The translations under genes and the position numbers were made by a program. 64,000 nt of DNA from Octopus vulgaris (lineage: Eukaryota). Under the pieces are notes generated by a model. The model was not told where the DNA came from and searched no databases. It saw only the letters and a program-made list of their open reading frames with translations. Positions 12,716-26,564 of this stretch are shown here, in pieces. Where the stretch lies: assembly GCA_951406725.2 (NCBI GenBank), contig OX597817.1, forward strand, positions 117,428,001 through 117,492,000. The letters are read 5' to 3'. Numbering within the stretch: the stretch's first letter is position 1; each line of letters begins with the position of its first letter.

Positions 12716-13112
12716 CTTTTACTTGTTTCAGTCATTTGACTGTGGCCATGCTGGAACACCGCCTTTAGTCGAGGAAATCGACCCCAGGACTTATTCTTTG
12801 TAAGCCTAGTACTTATTCTATCGGTCTCATCTGCCGAACTGCTTGGTTACAGGGATGTAAACACACCAGCATTGGTTGTCAAGTGATGTTGGGGGGAACA
12901 AACACAGACACAAAAACACACACATATAAATATACATATACATATATATGACGGGCTTCTTTCAGTCTCCGTCTACCAAATCCACTCACAAGACTTTGAT
13001 CAGCCCGAGGCTATAGTAGAAGACACTTGCCCAAGGTGCCATGCAGTGGGACTGAACCCGGAACCATGTGGTTGGTAAGCAAGCTACTTACCACACAGCC
13101 ACTTCTGTGCCT
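12716..13112 (-). mobile_element. SINE family A, full length
   Basis: Reverse complement of the family A sequence. Confidence 0.85.
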
Positions 13113-16085
13113 AACTAATTTTCTATCATGAGCTTTCTTGTTGCTGTTGTTTTTGCTTTTGTGGTTGTTATTATTGCTGCTGCCATTGTTGTTGTTTAGG
13201 GCCAAATCAAACTCGATCAAGCAAACCTATGATGGAAGGCTTTCCAGCCATGACTCTTCTATGTTACTTTCAAGGAGAATATGATCCAGTGTGTCTTTCC
13301 TCTTCAAGATGGTGAAGTTTTAGGGAAGATTTGGCTGATAATTCTCGTCGTCATCATTGTAACTGTTATTGTCATTGTTTTGGTAAGTATCATGATCGTC
13401 ATCATTGTCATTGCTGTTGTGGTCGTTTATGATTGTTATCACCACTGACATTGGGATTGTTGTTCTCGTCATCAGTTTAGCTGCCATTTCAATCATGATC
13501 AACCTCTTTGTTGTCTTTTTTTGCATCATCAATGCCACTGACACCATCATCATCATCATCATCATAAGTAGCACAAACATAATCCTTATCTATAGGGCAC
13601 TTTGTGCCATTAGATTATCTCGACTCAAAATGATGTAAACTCATTTGGGCCTGATGCTTTAAATACTTTTATTAGTCTATCTGGGAGATGTATAATGGTC
13701 ATCATAGCAGGTTTCTGAACTGACAACATACAGAACCAGAATAGATACTACAAGGATTCCCATCTGACAATTTAAGAATCCTACCTGTTAATCTAACAGA
13801 TAATCTATTCATCTGATAATCTAACAGTCCTTCATCCTAGTATCTTATTTACCAAACTTGGAAAGATTTCTGGCAAAGTTGACCACTGTGAATTTCGAGT
13901 TTAGAATGAATGAAGTCAAAACAAACATCCACAAAATGTTTAATCCAATACTCATATGCTTCTGTTAATTTGCTTGTTGAGCAGTTGTAAAGAGGCTTAC
14001 TCATTCTCATTGGTTTACGGTTTCATTTTCCACTCACTAATTCTAACTCTAAATATTTGTTTTTTCAAGTAAAATCCTTTTACAAAGCTTGCTAATTGGA
14101 AGGTGAACAGTTTAAATGAGACCTGTAGTTTTGTTTAACTGTTGTTTAAAGGGAAATTCTAGCCATTGGAAATAATCTTAACTTTTAAAATCATTCCATG
14201 AGAGTAGGTTTTCTTATGTTGCATGCATATGCAAGCACTTAACAAGCTTGCTTCATGGTTATGAGGCTCTGTGTTCAACTGCATTGTGTTACACATCAGC
14301 AAAAACATTTACATATAGCTTCAAGATGATCCAAGCTTTATAATTGAGATAGAAACAAATATTTGGTAGTCTGTTCGATGGATTGCACCAATAATTTAAA
14401 GAGTCACTTTAGTCTCATGGTGTAATGCTAATTGTGCCTCAGAATTAAGTTAATGATATATGGATTGATGGATTACTCAGTTACTGTATTTTTTTCAGTA
14501 GATAAATAGTTCAGTTTCTCAAACAACTACAACATTGATTAATGTTGACGAAACCAAGAAAGGATCCATTTGCATATCAGTAATTCCATATTAGTCTTAT
14601 TAAATTTTTCAACTTTTAAAAGAAATCTAGTAATTCAAATCTAAATTTGGGACAGTCTTTAACATGCTATGGATTCTTACTAAATATGGGACACCATATA
14701 GATAATAATGCTTTTGAATTATTTTATTTATTTTTAGTAGCATGTTGTTTAGCCCTACATGAGACCTGACTGAATAAATATATAAAGAAAGGTGTTCCAA
14801 TACCAGTGAGTATAAATTACATAATTTGTATATAAATGTGAAATGGCAGTAGATGTAATATTTTCCCTCAGTTAAACCTTTCAATAAGACCTATGTGTTA
14901 TAAACACAAGAGTTTGCACAGAATACTTGCAGATTATCTGATATGGTGTTTTGACCAGATTATTTCTTCTTAGTTACAAATACTTAGATGTTAAGAAAAT
15001 GCCTGATCTAGCTTAGAAGCCAGTAAACAAAGCTTTTACCGATTTGTATGAATATTAATGATGTTAGAATTAGTATAGCTTCTTCAACAAGCATTTTCAA
15101 CTTGGCTTAGAATATCTGAGATATTCAGGTTTAGGAGACCAAATTGAATTGAAATAATATATCTAGTGATCCACAAGCATTCTCGGAAAAGACGTCTTTT
15201 TTTTAACCAAAACATGTCTGTTTGAGAGGTTTCTATGAGATAAAATATAACAACTAGTGCTGTTCCATATTTGTATACACATTATAAATTTTACACTCAG
15301 GCAATTTAATCTAAGGCCTTTTCAAGATCATGTATTAATTTAAAGATGCTCCATATTTTTTTAATATTTAATTGAATTTTTTAATGATAATAGATTATAC
15401 TTTGAGAAAAATTTAGTTATGTATCATTAACCATAGACTTTTTAATTATACTGAGTTTCCATGGACAAGTGAAATTAAAATACATATTTTTTCTAAAATT
15501 TGATTGGCTTTACCTAATCATTTTTTTCCCTGAACTTCCAAATGCATCATCTATTATTCTTTGTCAACATCACTTAGTGTTTAAAATGGATTATAAAGAA
15601 AATTAGGAACAAACTTACAAAATAGACAATGAGATATAATACTTTATATCAATTTGAATTTGAAGAAATTTACAAGTTTCAAAATAAAGTAACCTATAAT
15701 TTAAACATACATAGAAAATATCAATAATTTTATTGTACCATTGCTCTAATTTCGATTTAATTTTTTCCTCATAACATGAATGTACATCTCATATCACCTT
15801 GCTAATAAAATTTTCTAGTTTTAATAACTGAGCTAGATTTTTGCCATATATAATTGCACTTAATTATTCTTAATTATTCTTACACGAACTATGTAAATGT
15901 GTTAGTCCATTGAGATATAACAGAGAAAAATATAGAAAACAAATAAAACTTTTAAGAAATTCCACTAATTTTCTGATCACCAAGAGAGTTTGTGTTAAAA
16001 AAAATTTCAATATTAAATCAAATATAAATAATTATATTAGCTATTTGCAAACATAAAACTTTAAAATATTCCCTTTATAGAAACA

Positions 16086-16332
16086 TGTGTGTGTGTGTGT
16101 GCGCCCGCGTGTGTGTGTGCGTGCATGCATGTGTGTATATGCGTGAGTGTGTGTGTTTGTGTGAATGTGTTTGTGTGTGTATTTCGTTCAATTTCCTATT
16201 AATATTTGACTTTAATTTCTGTCCATGTTCCATGTGTGTGTGTTTGTGTGCGTGTGTGCATGTGTGTGTGCGTGTGTGCATGTGTGTGCGTGTGCGTGTG
16301 TGTGTGTGTGTGTGCGCGCTCGTGTGTGTGTG
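16086..16332. repeat. (TG)n/(CG) microsatellite region
   Basis: Visible directly in the sequence. Confidence 0.9.
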
Positions 16333-17029
16333 TTTCTTTCAAATTCATACTAATATTTATTTTAATTTCAGGCCCTGTCCTACAGTAGTAATTACATACT
16401 TGAAATATAGAATTATTAATGTTAAATCAAAATGTTACTTTCATTTTAATGTAAGTAATGGTGCTGGATAATTAAAATTAGCTTTAAGGCTAAAGAATTA
16501 ATTGAAAGACTAAAATGACTGCCGTTAATATTCATATGGAAGAGCTCAAAGATAACAAAAGGAAAAAAAAATATAAGAATCATAAATGTATGAAAGTTTT
16601 GAATGAAGAATATTTAAATAGTTTTCTTAATTATAGATTCCAGTGCAACGTTTTCTAAACTGTCACTAAGCATGATTCTTAACAGGTTTTCAAAAATGAA
16701 ATAATTTTCTGAAACCATCTAATTTTATTGGTATAAAAATTTATATTTAAAACAGAAAAGAATGTTTGCTAATATGCTAATTCTAAAATTCTGATGAATT
16801 TAGTTAAAATTATTCTTTTCTGTTACAAACAAACTTTTTTTTTTCTTTAAGATATTACAATGAATGTATGCTATTTAAAGAAACTTATCTTAGAAAGTAT
16901 GTCATTTTAAAACAATATTTAAAAAGTAATTCTACCTGTCCAAAATTGTATCGATTTAGAAAGCATGGAATAAATTATAGTTTAAGCATAAATTTTACCA
17001 AGTTCATATTAGCTTTTATCTTCCATCAA

Positions 17030-17412
17030 TTTACTTGTTTCAGATTGGACTGTTTCAGTCGTTTGATTGTGGCCATGCTGGAGCACCACCTTTAGTCGAG
17101 CAAATCGACCCCAGGACTTATTCTTTGTAAGCCTAGTACTTATTCTATTGGGCTCTTTTGCCGAACCGCTTAGTTACGGGGACGTAAACACACCAGCATA
17201 GGTCGTCAAGCAATGCTAGAGGGACAAACACAGACACACACACACATATACATATATTCTTTCAATTTCCATCTACCAAATCCACTCACAAGGCTTTGGT
17301 CAGTCAGAGGCTATTGTAGAAGACACCTGCCCAAGGTGCCAAGCAGTGGTACTGAACCTGGAACCATGTGATTCGTAAGCAAGCTCCTTACAACACAGCC
17401 ATTCCTAAGCCT
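17030..17412 (-). mobile_element. SINE family A, full length; older degenerate copy follows at about 17480-17765
   Basis: Match to family A. Confidence 0.85.
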
Positions 17413-20400
17413 GTGGTTATATTAGTGTGCCACCTCAAGGCTTATGATTTTCTTTGTTTTATTTAAGACGGATACTTTTTCTATTGGTCTTGTTTTTTAT
17501 TGAACTGCTAAGTTATAGGTGTCATGAAAAGAATCAACATCACCCAACAAGCAGTGGTAGGGAATGATAAACAACAAGCACAGAGAGACACACAGATAGA
17601 TATATGTGTATATACACAAAGGGCTTCCACACAGTTTCCATCTATCAAAGTCATTGTCAAGGCATTGGTTAAACTGGAGCTTTAGTAGAAGACACTAAAG
17701 ATGATGCACAGTGGGACTGAACCTAAAAACCATTGGTTGCAAAGTGAGCTTCTGAACCACACAGCAGGTAGAGGGAAGAATCAAAGAGACAGAGTAGTTA
17801 ATGGGAAACATGTGATGAAGATATTACTTGACAAAGACCAGTTACAAAGAAAATAAAGAGACCTTTTGACAATGTATAGTATCAAAAACATCTTGTTTGG
17901 TATTTGTTGTAGGGAGCAGCAGAGGAAAAAACATTTGTCACTTTCAGAATCAGAAATGTATTGAATTAGTATTTTGTCTGTTGGGAAACTCTGAGCAAGG
18001 TTGTTATTGTTAACCCAAATGTAATGTATGATACTGGGCCATTAATTATCCGCAAAGTATTTATTATAAAGTTTTCTTATTAGCAGGAAAATTCACTGCC
18101 CAGACATCACTTGATTTAGTGCCCTTCTTTTCTCTCCCCCTCTTTCTCTTCCTCTCTCCACTACAGTGCAGGTCTGAACTTCAAATTTGAATTAAGTTAC
18201 TATTATTATGCCAAATTTGGATACCCATCATTGTGCTGGCTCCAAAGAAAAGTAATTAATTATCAGCATTGCACTTATAATTTATTCCTATTGGCAGAAA
18301 ATTAATTGTGTATGCTTAACTAGACCTCATCTCTCTTTAGTCAATACAATGCAGGTTTGAATTTGAAACATCAGTTAAGTTGTCATTGTTATTATATTAA
18401 CCATGACCAAGTCTTTTGTGGATTATTTCAGAGGCTAACCTATGAATAATTTTGCATTTAATTTGTCATTTCATCAAAAGTCACCAGTCTGTTCAACACA
18501 ACTCAGTCACAGATTCACTCAATGCTGTTATTAGCACAAGAAGCAGTTGGGTGATAGTTCTGTTTTGATGTATGGTAATTGTGAGACCATTTTACAAAAT
18601 TTTTTTTATTCCTTCTTAAGCTGTCTTAACTGGTAAAAACACTACTTCTTGGCACACTTACAACAATGGATCATTGAATGCAGTTAATCTCTGGAACAAA
18701 CAACAAATGGAGCAGTTATGATTAATGATTAATGTAAAAATAATGATCATTCTGATGCTTCTAGTTCAAAACTGTGCTGTAGTGACTATGGAAAAACATG
18801 TTTATTGATATATGTACAAATAATGTTTCTTTTGCAGATGATTAATAATTAACCTTCATGCAATAACTTCAAAAACACCCAGAATATGTAGCTAAAGAAA
18901 TCAGTTGATTTATAAGGCAAGTTAATTGAATGTAAATATTACTGTCAGTTCAGTAGCCATCATTTATAAAGCATAATTTCCAACAAGATATAAAGTTTGT
19001 ACAGAATAGCATTTGCTGAACATATCAAGTTTTGAGCAGTTGGCATTTATATACATCTTGATTCTACAGAATCACCATTCAAGATAATGAGGTAATGTCT
19101 ATGTTATTGCTGGATCCACAAGAATTAACAATTAGGACCTCCCCTCAAGGGATGATGAGGTAAAAATGAGCATCTGCATGGTTATTTGAGCTGTAATAAA
19201 TAGCAGCCAATTCTTTCTCAAATCATATTTCACCATCTTGGAAAGGACAGCTTGGATAGGTTGACCTTGGTTTCTCTTAATATTAGGAAAAGATAGAGTT
19301 ATTGTGCCAGAAATGTCTTTGATTACACTTCTGGTTGATCAAGGCTGAGCTAAGGCTGAAAAAACAACAATAATAACAAAGTGGGACACTGTTGATAATG
19401 TAAATAGAGATACGCTACATCTTAAAAAAATTTAGAATGGGATAGCTACAGCTTGATTACATTCTTGATCAGAAACTCCTTTGGAGTCTAAGCATCATTA
19501 TCTTCAAAAATATAAGTAAATCTAATTACTTATTTCTGTCAATAATTTTCATAATAGAAATGTTCTAAAGTCTATATTGATGAAAATTAAATAAATATTT
19601 TCTCTTTGCTCGAAATATCTCAACACTATTTCGTCAACATTTAAATCCTCCTTCTGTGAATAACATGATTAGTAACATGCTGGACAAACTTGTTGGTAAC
19701 AATATCATTATGACACTTTACATTCTTAAATGAAAGACAGAATTATTAATGCATTTATAACATAATACAATATCCTTGAATTGAACTAAAGAGAGGGAAG
19801 TGTTGCCAGTCTAAGATAAAAATATTCCCAATTGACTGAATTTTACAGTGATTTTCATGCATTAAATTTACACTTTTACAATAAATTCAAATAATTTGTT
19901 TCTTTTTTCTTTTTCTTTTTATTTTTGTAATTAATAAACATATTTAGTTTTAGACTCATTAAGCACTGCCTATCTTGCCAATACAGATGACATGTCCTTA
20001 CAACAAACCTTATCAACTGACTCGTGATAATATGGCTAGTATTAGGTGTATAGAACTCTTGGTTTCAAGAGAACCCATTCATTACAAACGATAAACTAAA
20101 TAAAGAAAAATATCTTACTTCTGCCCTAAACAAGGTACTAGACTATTGATTTTTATTTTATTATTCTCTGTAAATTATAAAGATTATATACACTACAAAA
20201 ATTCAATATTATTTTTAATTGATATTTTTCCTATTCACCAAAGCCATACTAAGGCTATCTTATTTCTTGGAAAGTTCATTTACTTTCCACAATCTATACA
20301 TTAATATGGCTTCTGTCAGTATAGATATTTCTAAGTTGAAATGTGTTAGAGAGAGAGGAAGAGGTGTCTCCCTATAGCCAACATCTCTTTCTTACTCTCA

Positions 20401-20416
20401 CTATCTACACATGCAC

Positions 20417-20420
<4 letters not shown>

Positions 20421-20487
<67 letters not shown>

Positions 20488-20536
20488 GCGCACACACACG
20501 CGCACACACACACAAACACACACACAAACACACATA

Positions 20537-20572
<36 letters not shown>
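20421..20572. repeat. (CA)n microsatellite
   Basis: Visible directly in the sequence. Confidence 0.95.
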
Positions 20573-20576
<4 letters not shown>

Positions 20577-21989
20577 GACATGTGTCCACACGCAAATTCA
20601 CAGACATACAGATTTCATATACCCACAAAATGAAATATGTGTAATGTATATAATTGAATCTAATATTAGGATAATTAAGTATTTACACAAATCTAATTTA
20701 CATCATTTAGTAAAAGTTGTATCTCACTCAAAATAGAAATGTTCTAAAGACTATATTCATGAAAATTCAATAAATATTTCCTTATTGCCTTAAGTACCTC
20801 AACATACGAATCCTCCTTCAATTAAATATATGAGAACATTTAACATAAAATTTCTTCAGAGTAAAATAAAACACATGCATTTTCTATGTATTGTATTTAC
20901 GTTATCAAGTCAGGATTAGTATATAATACGTTTTAGTTTTGTTTCTGCACTATCAGAATTATGCATATATACTCATTCAACAAAAGTTAAGACGGTGAAA
21001 TGCTTATTCAGAAATAGGGTGAGAGAGTTTCATTGTTAAAAAAATATCTTGGATGGATTATATTAAAACCTAATCTTCTTGAACTGACAAGAAATTACAG
21101 GGTAACTTAACCTGTGAAAAAGAACAGCCTAATCTCTCTAAAATAAATACCTCCACTATTTTAACAAAAAAGTGTGAGAAAGTAGACAAGATTATATGTG
21201 AGCTTGAAAATGAATAAAGAATTTTTTTTTAGTATGCTAGTAATTATACATTTTTTTCACTTGGGTTGATTTGGGACTAAACAATAACAACAGCAGTAGC
21301 AACAACAACTGTGATAATTTAAGCTCTACATATAAGTTGATGTTATTATCCCAATGATTCTTGGGACATTTATTTAAAAATCACTCTTATAATAAATGCC
21401 ATTGTGAATTCATACTTTTCATGCTGAACAAAAATAAAACCCATCATATTGAAAGTGTTTTCCATGACTATAGTTTGAACATGTATGTATGCATTTGTGT
21501 GTGTCTGTGCATACAGGCACGTGTGCGTGTGTGCATGCATGTGTATATACAATTATGTATGTATGTATGTATGTATGTATGTATGTATATATGTATGTAT
21601 GTATGTCCTTCATTGTTCATTTGTTCTTATATCTGCTTTTCCATGCTAACATGGGTCACACAAATATATTATTGAGGTATTATATTACAAAATCATGTAG
21701 TTAGAAAGTGAATTTCTAAACTAAGCAGTGATGTAGGCAGCTATTTTGAATGTATATATTCAAATTATAGGTGAACTTGTGGCTATGCGGTTAAGATGTT
21801 TGCTCCCAACTATATGGTTTGGGTTCAATCCCACTGCATGACACCATAGGCAAAGGTTTCCTATTATAGACCCAGAGAGTAACTTTGGTATATGGAAACT
21901 GAAAGAAATACATTTTGCATATATATGCATGTATGCACATGTATATATATATGTGTGTGTGTGTGAAAAATAAGGAGTGTATAATATGT

Positions 21990-22296
21990 GAATAATATTT
22001 TCAGAAGTCAAACATTTATAGTAATAAAAAAGTGGATGGAAAGACATACTAAATGCACTGAATGCACAGATGCGCAGATCAATGGAGAACAAATGCGAGT
22101 CACAAATTCCTCATCAGTTGTTGGTTGGGGAGCCGAGCACCATTTCATGCCATTATCAATAATATTGCAACCACCTCAGAGGCAACCAGCAAGAGAACTT
22201 GCTGGGGAAGCAACCAAGATGGACGACAAGGAGGGAATGAGGGACAAAAAAAAGATGAAATAAATATACAGAATATGACCTTGGGGCCAGGCGAAT
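21990..22296 (+). repeat. Unclassified repeat of about 300 bp; inverted partner at 23143-23445
   Basis: Blocks such as gtcacaaattcctcatcagtt, atttcatgccattatcaa and acagaatatg occur in both copies in opposite orientation. Confidence 0.8.
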
Positions 22297-22670
22297 GCAA
22301 CTCTAGTCTGTCTCTTTCCTTTATTTGCCTCTCTTTCACCTTCCATTTTTCTCTCTCTTTCACTGTCTTTCTTTCTTTCCTGCTGTGCCACTCCTGCTCT
22401 CTCTCTCCCTCTCTTTCTCTCTTTGTTGTTCTCTAGTCCATCTGACTGTTCCTCCCTCTTCTCACTAGCACTTCACTGGTCATGATCTAAGGCTGTGTCA
22501 TTCTGTTTTACATTGCCTTCACTCTTAGTGGTCATACTTCTCTGAGCTCCACTCTACCTTCCTCTTGTTTGTTTTTAGTCCTGTAGAACAGTTTTCCTTC
22601 TCTTTTGCATTACTCCACTCTTGTTTGTCTGCTAGTGCATGACTTTTTTTTTGTTATTGTGTATGTATTC

Positions 22671-23074
22671 TTTTATTCTTTTACGTGTTTCAGTCATTTG
22701 ACTGCGGCCTTGCTGGAGCACCACCTTTAGTCAAGCAAATCGACCCCAGGACTTAATCTTCATAAGCCTAGTACTTATTCTATTGGTCTCTTTAGCTGAA
22801 CCGCTAAGTTACGGATGATGTAAACACACCAGCATCGGTTGTAAAGCGATGTTGGGGGCACAAACATATTCACACACACACACATACACACATATATACA
22901 TACATATGTACGACAGGCTTCTTTCAATTTCCATCTACCAAATCTACTCACAAGGCTTTGGTTGGCCCGAGGCTATAGTAGATGACACTTGCCCAAGGTG
23001 CCACACAGTGGGACTGAACCCAGAACCATGTGGTTGGTAAGCAAGCTACTTACCACACAGTCACTCCTACGCCC
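22671..23074 (-). mobile_element. SINE family A, full length
   Basis: Match to family A. Confidence 0.85.
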
Positions 23075-23142
23075 ATGATTATTAATTTTTGTTGTATTAT
23101 TATTAATTTCTTGTTGTATATGTATAATTATTTTTCTGTTGT

Positions 23143-23445
23143 CTTCACCTGGCCCTAAGACCATATTCTGTTTATTTATTTCATTTTTTTGTCCACCGTT
23201 CTTCCTTGTTATATATATATTTTGGTTACTTCTCCAGCAAATTCTGTTGCTAGTTGCCCCTGTGGTGGATACAATATTCTTGATAATGGCATGAAATTGT
23301 ACTCAATGCCCTGGCTGATAACTGATGAGGAATTTGTGACCTGTATTTCTTCTCCGTACATCTGTGCATTCAATGCATTTAGAATGTCCTTCCATCCATT
23401 TGTTTATTACTTCACATGTCTAATATCAGGAGAAAAATATATATG
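23143..23445 (-). repeat. Inverted copy of 21990-22296
   Basis: Manual alignment to 21990-22296. Confidence 0.8.
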
Positions 23446-23460
23446 AATGTAAGCATATAT

Positions 23461-23862
23461 AGGCGCAGGAGTGGCTGTGTGGTAAGTAGCTTGTTTACCA
23501 ACCACATGGTTCCGGGTTCAGTCTCACTGCGTGGCACCTTGGGCAAGTGTCTTCTGCTATAGCCTTGGGCTGACCAAAGCCTTGTGAGTGGATTTGGTAG
23601 ATGGAAACTGAAAAGAAGCCCGTCCTGTATATATGTGTATGTGTATGTATGTTTGTATGTCTGTGTCTGTCCCCCTAACATCACTTGACAACCGATGCTG
23701 GTGTGTTTATGTCCCCGTCACTTAGCATTTCGGCAAAAAGAGACTGATAGAATAAGTATTAGGCTTACAAAGAATATTTCCCGGGATCGAGTTGCTCAAT
23801 TAAAGGCGGTGCTCCAGCATGGTCACAGTCAAATGACTGAAACAAGTAAAAGCGTAAAAGAG
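23461..23862 (+). mobile_element. SINE family A, full length (reference copy)
   Basis: aggcgcaggagTGGCTGTGTGGtaag...GGGTTCAGTCTC (A/B boxes), CORE-like ccttgggcaagt, tail aagtaaaagcgtaaaagag. Confidence 0.88.
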
Positions 23863-24157
23863 TATGTATGCATGTATAAATGTGTGTGTGTGTTTGTGTG
23901 AATGCATGTTTCTTTATCTTGACATTCCATAATAGTTTCGAGTGTTGTTATTATACAATATCTGTGATTTATATTCAATATTCTGCATAAACACGTCCTG
24001 CCATAGACAAAAATAACCTTGCTTGGAAACAAGTGAGGGTTGGCAACAGGAATGGCATTCAGCTATGCTAGAGAAAATCTACCTCAGTAAACTCTGTCAG
24101 ACTCATCTGAGCATGAAAAAGTGGGTGTTAAAATGATGAATATTATGATGACGATGA

Positions 24158-24352
24158 TTATTATTATTATTGAGTGAGAGAACAGCGTATGACGCTGGGG
24201 TAAAATATACAAAGCCCAGTATACTCATCATGACTACCCATCTGATAAGGGTACACTAGGCACATGCATCACAACCATATGTGCACGATATGGTGATCTC
24301 ATATCAAGAAAAACAGTGCATGACCATGCAGGTGGGGCCCAGTTAGAATTTT
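24158..24352 (-). mobile_element. Probable LINE 3' end with (TAA)n tail
   Basis: Minus strand ends ...ctctcactc(aat)n. Family not assigned. Confidence 0.4.
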
Positions 24353-24435
<83 letters not shown>

Positions 24436-24448
24436 CATTATTATTATT

Positions 24449-24480
<32 letters not shown>

Positions 24481-24487
24481 TATTATT

Positions 24488-24520
<33 letters not shown>

Positions 24521-24530
24521 GTGATGATGA
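24351..24530. repeat. Compound trinucleotide microsatellite (TCT)(TAT)(CAT)(GAT)
   Basis: Visible directly in the sequence. Confidence 0.95.
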
Positions 24531-25908
24531 CAATGACAAAAATTGTTCGATGCAGTGTATATTACATGTTTTCTATGTTTTGACTTTATTATTACTATTT
24601 TCAATATATCATATAATAACTATTTTAATACATTATATAATGCAAACATATTTGCCTTTATTATTGGCGATATGGATACACCAGTTATTAATAAACCTCG
24701 TGAGATTAGGTGACCTTACATAAGTTAACAAAGAGCGAATGCTGTACAAAGGAAAGTAATATTAATTTTCACAAAAGCTTGCTTGGTCTAAAATGTAGTA
24801 GGGTATTAAATTTACTATTCACCATATTAAAAAGATAGGTAATAACTATAGTTTAATTAGAAAATATATTAAAAGTAAATGAATCATATGTTGGTTTCAA
24901 TAACGAGCAGTCTCATGATCAATCAATGAAACTACTTTTTCATTCATTTGTATTGTAAGAAGCTGAATATTACATGGGCACTTGTACCCTGGTATCTGGG
25001 AGAATCAGCCTAACACAGTATGTAACAAGTCTGACCCTTTCAATTACTGCTGTAGAGTAAGAAGAAGACTTCTACCCAGATTTGTCTACTGTGCTTCTCC
25101 CAAGGCTAGGATTGAACTGAGACTATTGTCAAAGTAACTTACATAAGGAAACATTCATTCTGATCATAACCCAGAACTCAGAACTATAAATGAAATTTCT
25201 CAATAATTTAGCAATGTCTGGACTATAGATTGTAGTCTAATTAATGTAAACACATGTACACTCTTCTTCTTTGAGGTATGTCTTTAACCTTTTGCTAATT
25301 TCAATTATTAGTCTGTGGCTATACTGCAGCACCACCTCGAAGGGTTTTTAGTTAAATGTAATGTTTTTTAAGCTAAATTATATCTTCACAGATAAATACC
25401 TATTTCTATCTATTTACTCTTTTTTTTTTTTACCTTAAATATAAAATATTTAACATAATAAATGTGTTGTAGGAAATAATCCTAATGTTTTAAGTTTCAA
25501 ATTTAGTTAATGGAGTTTCTTCTATAAGAAAAATTACTGTTCTATTTATTTTTTAAATAAATATTGTTTATCTCTATTTGCTTATTTATTTAAATTGAAT
25601 TCATTTCAATTAAATTTAAATTTAATTGTAATTCAAATTTAATTGTAGCCATGAAACGTACGTAATTTTTTTACTTACACATTGTTTATTCATTTTTATA
25701 CTTTTTGCGATCTAGTGATATGTTTTCTAAAAATATATTTTATTTATTATTTATGTTTTGGTTTATGTCTATCACTGTTTGAGTTCCATAATAGTGGTTT
25801 AATCTCTAATTTATATATATATATATAGTAGAAATATGTTACGAAAAGAGAATATAAAATACATGTGGAGATGTAAGGGTAAAATATGAGAAATCATATA
25901 TATATATA

Positions 25909-26564
25909 TGAGTGGGAATCAACACTCATAAGCACACTTGTTTTATCAATGTATTTACACAAAAGTAGGGTATAATTGAGTATATCATTTTTCTATATAG
26001 TTTCCTTCATTTTCGATGCACTTGGTCCAGCGATCCAATAGCTTGCGGCTGTGTGTGGGCGTGCATTGTCATGCAACAACAAAACTTTCTTCAACAATAG
26101 GTTTCAGCATTTGGTATGATTTTCTGGCTTCAGTTTGTTGGCCAGCAAAGTACTGTATCTTGTACTGTTAATCATACACCTCCTTTCAAGGTAATCTCCC
26201 AGTATAGGCCCTTTTGAGTCCTAAAAAAGATTTAGCATAATCTTTCCCATGAAAGACTGAGTCTTGGATTTCTTCATAACTGGGAAGCCATATTCAGTCT
26301 TTTGTATTCTGTTTCATAATGATGGACCCACGTTTCATCTCCCATGACTATTCTGCTCAAAGTTGCACTCTTTTACTCTTTGTTCTTCTTTGGCACACAT
26401 TGCTAGTGGAGAAGCCATGCTTTCACTGTAAAGGCAGAGAGAAAAAGGGCGTGATCAGTCTCAAACTTCGATCATGTGACCACAATACTGCCAAGTATAA
26501 ACACACGTGATGATAATAAAGATATGTTAGGAAGAAAGTATAAATAATTTTTGAGATCCCCTCA
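25909..26564 (-). mobile_element. Internally deleted mariner
   Basis: Minus-strand remnants IVMGDETWVHH, VLLLHDNARPH and KLLDRWTKCIENEGNYIEK. Imperfect TIRs tgagtgggaatca and tgagatcccctca next to TA runs. Confidence 0.75.

Noticed and set aside
25585-25650. AT-rich palindrome
   Set aside because: Low complexity; expected by chance at this base composition.
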